A stretch of 63,560 nt of DNA, filler included. It is 4 parts of 4 records of this genome, joined end to end, with 100 filler letters (N's around TTAATTAATTAA, not from the genome) between each part and the next. Parts side by side here need not be neighbours in the genome. Positions count along the whole stretch, not along the records: positions 57,025 to 63,560 come from SRR31156797_4498; 3 more parts are not named here. One strand, written 5' to 3'. Below the pieces are notes generated by a model that did not search any database, was not told the origin of the DNA, and saw only the letters and a program-made list of their open reading frames with translations. Positions within the stretch are counted from its first letter, which is position 1. The number at the start of each line of letters is the position of its first letter. A program made the translations under genes and the position numbers. Below are positions 61,487-63,560 of this stretch, in pieces.

Positions 61487-62245
61487 TTATTTTATTAAAC
61501 TAAATTGATAGTTTGATTGAGTTGTTTTTGGTTTTTCCTGTAAATCAACTTTTGAAAGTGTATCTGGAACACTTTTTTCTTTTCTTATCAAATAAGAGTG
61601 ATCATAATTTATAGTATTTGATTGTTTTGTGATCGTAATTTGATTTTTTTCTGTTTTAGTAGAATCACCAGCTACGATCTTTATTTTTCTTGGTTCTTTA
61701 CAGTTTTCCAAGATAGCACAATCATTTGATAAGTAGTTTGATCTAGCTGATGCTAAAACTTTTCCTGATTGGTTATCTAAGATTCTAGCATTCAATAAAA
61801 CTTTTCCTTCAAATAGCGAGTAAGTCCCAACTAAAATATAGGCACTTGGCACATCCTTATTTAATAGTTTTATATCTCTTGTTAAGAAATATTCCCCATT
61901 TGCATTTATTGATAAAGTTTCTTGACCTCTAAAATCACTTACATTAAATCCTCTTGTAAAAAGCTCATCAAAAAATGCTTCAGCTACTGTTCTTCCAAAG
62001 TGAGTTGTTTTATTTAGCTGATGGAGGTCTACAAAAGATGTTATTGCTATCTCCTCTTTGTCTCCATGGAGTTTGTTATAAAGAAAAAGCTTGTCTGCAA
62101 GTTCAGTGATTACATTATTGAGTTGATTATGTCCATTGATCTTATATTTTGAAGTTTCATTGAGTTGATAATCAGATGCATAAGAGTTTGTCATTAGCAA
62201 AAATGATGCTAGAAACAGTATTGATAGTGATTTTAAAGAGGTCAT
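61487..62245 (-). CDS. FlgO-family protein (SPI-type signal)
   Basis: TSFVDLHQLNKTTHFGR..AE, GEYFLTRD, VGTY, NARILD; start re-called to ATG 62245 with AAGGA RBS. Confidence 0.75.
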   Translation of the reverse strand: MTSLKSLSILFLASFLLMTNSYASDYQLNETSKYKINGHNQLNNVITELADKLFLYNKLHGDKEEIAITSFVDLHQLNKTTHFGRTVAEAFFDELFTRGFNVSDFRGQETLSINANGEYFLTRDIKLLNKDVPSAYILVGTYSLFEGKVLLNARILDNQSGKVLASARSNYLSNDCAILENCKEPRKIKIVAGDSTKTEKNQITITKQSNTINYDHSYLIRKEKSVPDTLSKVDLQEKPKTTQSNYQFSLIK

Positions 62246-62415
62246 TTTGAATCCTTTCAAGATTTGATAATCAAACTATACTAGTACTTTTCTTAATTTT
62301 AGTTTAAATTATTATTGAAAAACATTATTTTCCATGCTAAAGTGTTGTTTTAAGCTAATATTAAAAGTTATATGATTAAACTTTCTATAATCTAATTTTA
62401 AGCAAAGGATAAAAT

Positions 62416-63207
62416 ATGAAAAAACTCATCGTTTTCATGGTTCTTATTGGTGTTACATTAGTATTCTCTGGATGTACTCAAAATAGAGCTTATAAATCAT
62501 GGTCAACAGATCCATATATTAATAATACATTTAATGAAAGTATTAATGATATAGCAGAGCAATTATTTAAAAGCACAAGGATCAAAACAGCAGATAAGGT
62601 TGCAATTACTACTTTTGTAGATCTACATCAACTAAATAAGACAAGTTATTTTGGTAGAAAGTTAAGTGAAAGTATGTACAATGAACTTCATACAAGAGGA
62701 TTTAACGTAGTAGATGTTCGAGGAACAAAAACTATTCGAATCAATGCTGAGGGTGAGTTTTTTGTTACACGAGATATTCAATTACTAGATAAAAAAAGAG
62801 TTGAAAACTCATATATATTAGTAGCGACATATTCAAAATTTGGAAGTGGTATCTTATTAAATGCAAGAATAATTGATAATATCAATGGTGATGTTATTTC
62901 AACTGCAAGATCTATTATTGATGTGGATGCATGTGATGTATATGAAAATTGTCATGATATTAAACCAGTTCAAACAGCTATGAAAACAGAAGAAAAAGAG
63001 AAAAAAGTAGTTGAAAAGAAAACTGTAAAAAAACGAATGATTGGACTTTCAGATGCAGGGTGTTCATATGTTGATTGTCCTGAAAATTGTGTTGATGAAA
63101 CATGTTATAATCATGTAAATTATAAAAAAACTGTCCAGAAAAAGGTTGAAGAGAAACCTTCTAAACAATATTGCGAGGGTACGATCCCCCAAACTCTTTA
63201 CAAGTAG
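62416..63207 (+). CDS. FlgO-family lipoprotein with Cys-rich tail
   Basis: Lipobox FSGC; TTFVDLHQLNKTSYFGRKLSE, GEFFVTRD, NARIID. Confidence 0.75.
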   Translation: MKKLIVFMVLIGVTLVFSGCTQNRAYKSWSTDPYINNTFNESINDIAEQLFKSTRIKTADKVAITTFVDLHQLNKTSYFGRKLSESMYNELHTRGFNVVDVRGTKTIRINAEGEFFVTRDIQLLDKKRVENSYILVATYSKFGSGILLNARIIDNINGDVISTARSIIDVDACDVYENCHDIKPVQTAMKTEEKEKKVVEKKTVKKRMIGLSDAGCSYVDCPENCVDETCYNHVNYKKTVQKKVEEKPSKQYCEGTIPQTLYK

Positions 63208-63383
63208 TTCACATAACTACTTGTATCTAACTTCTAAAATAAAATTAATCTTAAATTTAAAAATTAATCTTTTAAAATTAACAAATAATTAACTAATTCA
63301 GATTTGTTTAAATCTTATTAAGCTAAAATCTCAGGATAAGTGGCGATCTTCGTGGCTTTATTTTAAACTTTAGGAGGAGATTG

Positions 63384-63560
63384 ATGCAAGACAATGCACA
63401 ACCAATTGAGTATGACTACTCGATAGCGAAAGCCTTTACTTTTGCAACAATTTTGTTTGGTATCATAGGGATGACAGTTGGTGTTATTTTAGCATTTCAA
63501 TTAGCGTTTCCAAGCTTAAGTAACTTAGCTGGTGAATATGGTACTTTCAGTAGATTAAGA
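63384..63560 (+). CDS. ccoN: cbb3-type cytochrome c oxidase subunit I, 5' fragment
   Basis: Not in ORF track. AGGAGG RBS; MQDNAQPIEYDYSIAKAFTFATILFGIIGMTVGVILAFQLAFPSLSNLAGEYGTFSRLR matches the CcoN N-terminus. Confidence 0.88.
   Translation, partial: MQDNAQPIEYDYSIAKAFTFATILFGIIGMTVGVILAFQLAFPSLSNLAGEYGTFSRLR

Noticed and set aside
63230-63330. AT-rich TTAA repeats upstream of ccoN
   Set aside because: Low-complexity promoter DNA; no clear FNR box or GTAAYY box.
1-63560. CRISPR arrays, tRNA/rRNA, IS elements, riboswitches
   Set aside because: No regularly spaced repeats, cloverleaf-like segments or transposase ORFs were seen by eye; a covariance-model scan (Infernal/Rfam, tRNAscan-SE) would be needed to exclude small RNAs.

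Overview
The window is four unrelated contigs joined by artificial 100-bp spacers (N44-TTAATTAATTAA-N44 at 17546-17645, 27140-27239, 56925-57024). Contigs 1 (1-17545) and 2 (17646-27139) look Bacteroidota (TAnnTTTG promoters, a T9SS cargo protein, single-chain PurL). They carry mostly housekeeping or metabolic genes: nadC/nadB, a trehalose TPS-TPP fusion divergent from a GH15 hydrolase, purL, mce plus a carboxyltransferase, proline dehydrogenase, ompH, zupT, a ferredoxin and FTCD. Contigs 3 (27240-56924) and 4 (57025-63560) look Campylobacterota (Arcobacter/Sulfurovum-like, inferred from protein style). Contig 3 holds the two strongest signals. (i) An operon encodes two PRMT-like (double-E-loop) SAM methyltransferases, one fused to an HExxH domain, plus a small 92-aa ORF, a non-housekeeping formyltransferase and a tail-collar (MdpB-like) protein. 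(ii) In a ~23-kb block, seven promoters share the geometry GTAAYY-N5-G(T/A/C)AAYN-N9-[-10]. They sit upstream of phoX, an OlsF-like lipid acyltransferase, the PhoH operon, an EAL-GGDEF protein, an MCP, an ArsC-family gene and a complete NuoEF-containing complex I operon, suggesting a Pho-box-like regulon. Contig 4 has cytochrome c553, hemH, four FlgO-family paralogs and the start of ccoN. No rRNA, tRNA, CRISPR array or transposase was recognised. All calls were made by eye; no searches were run.
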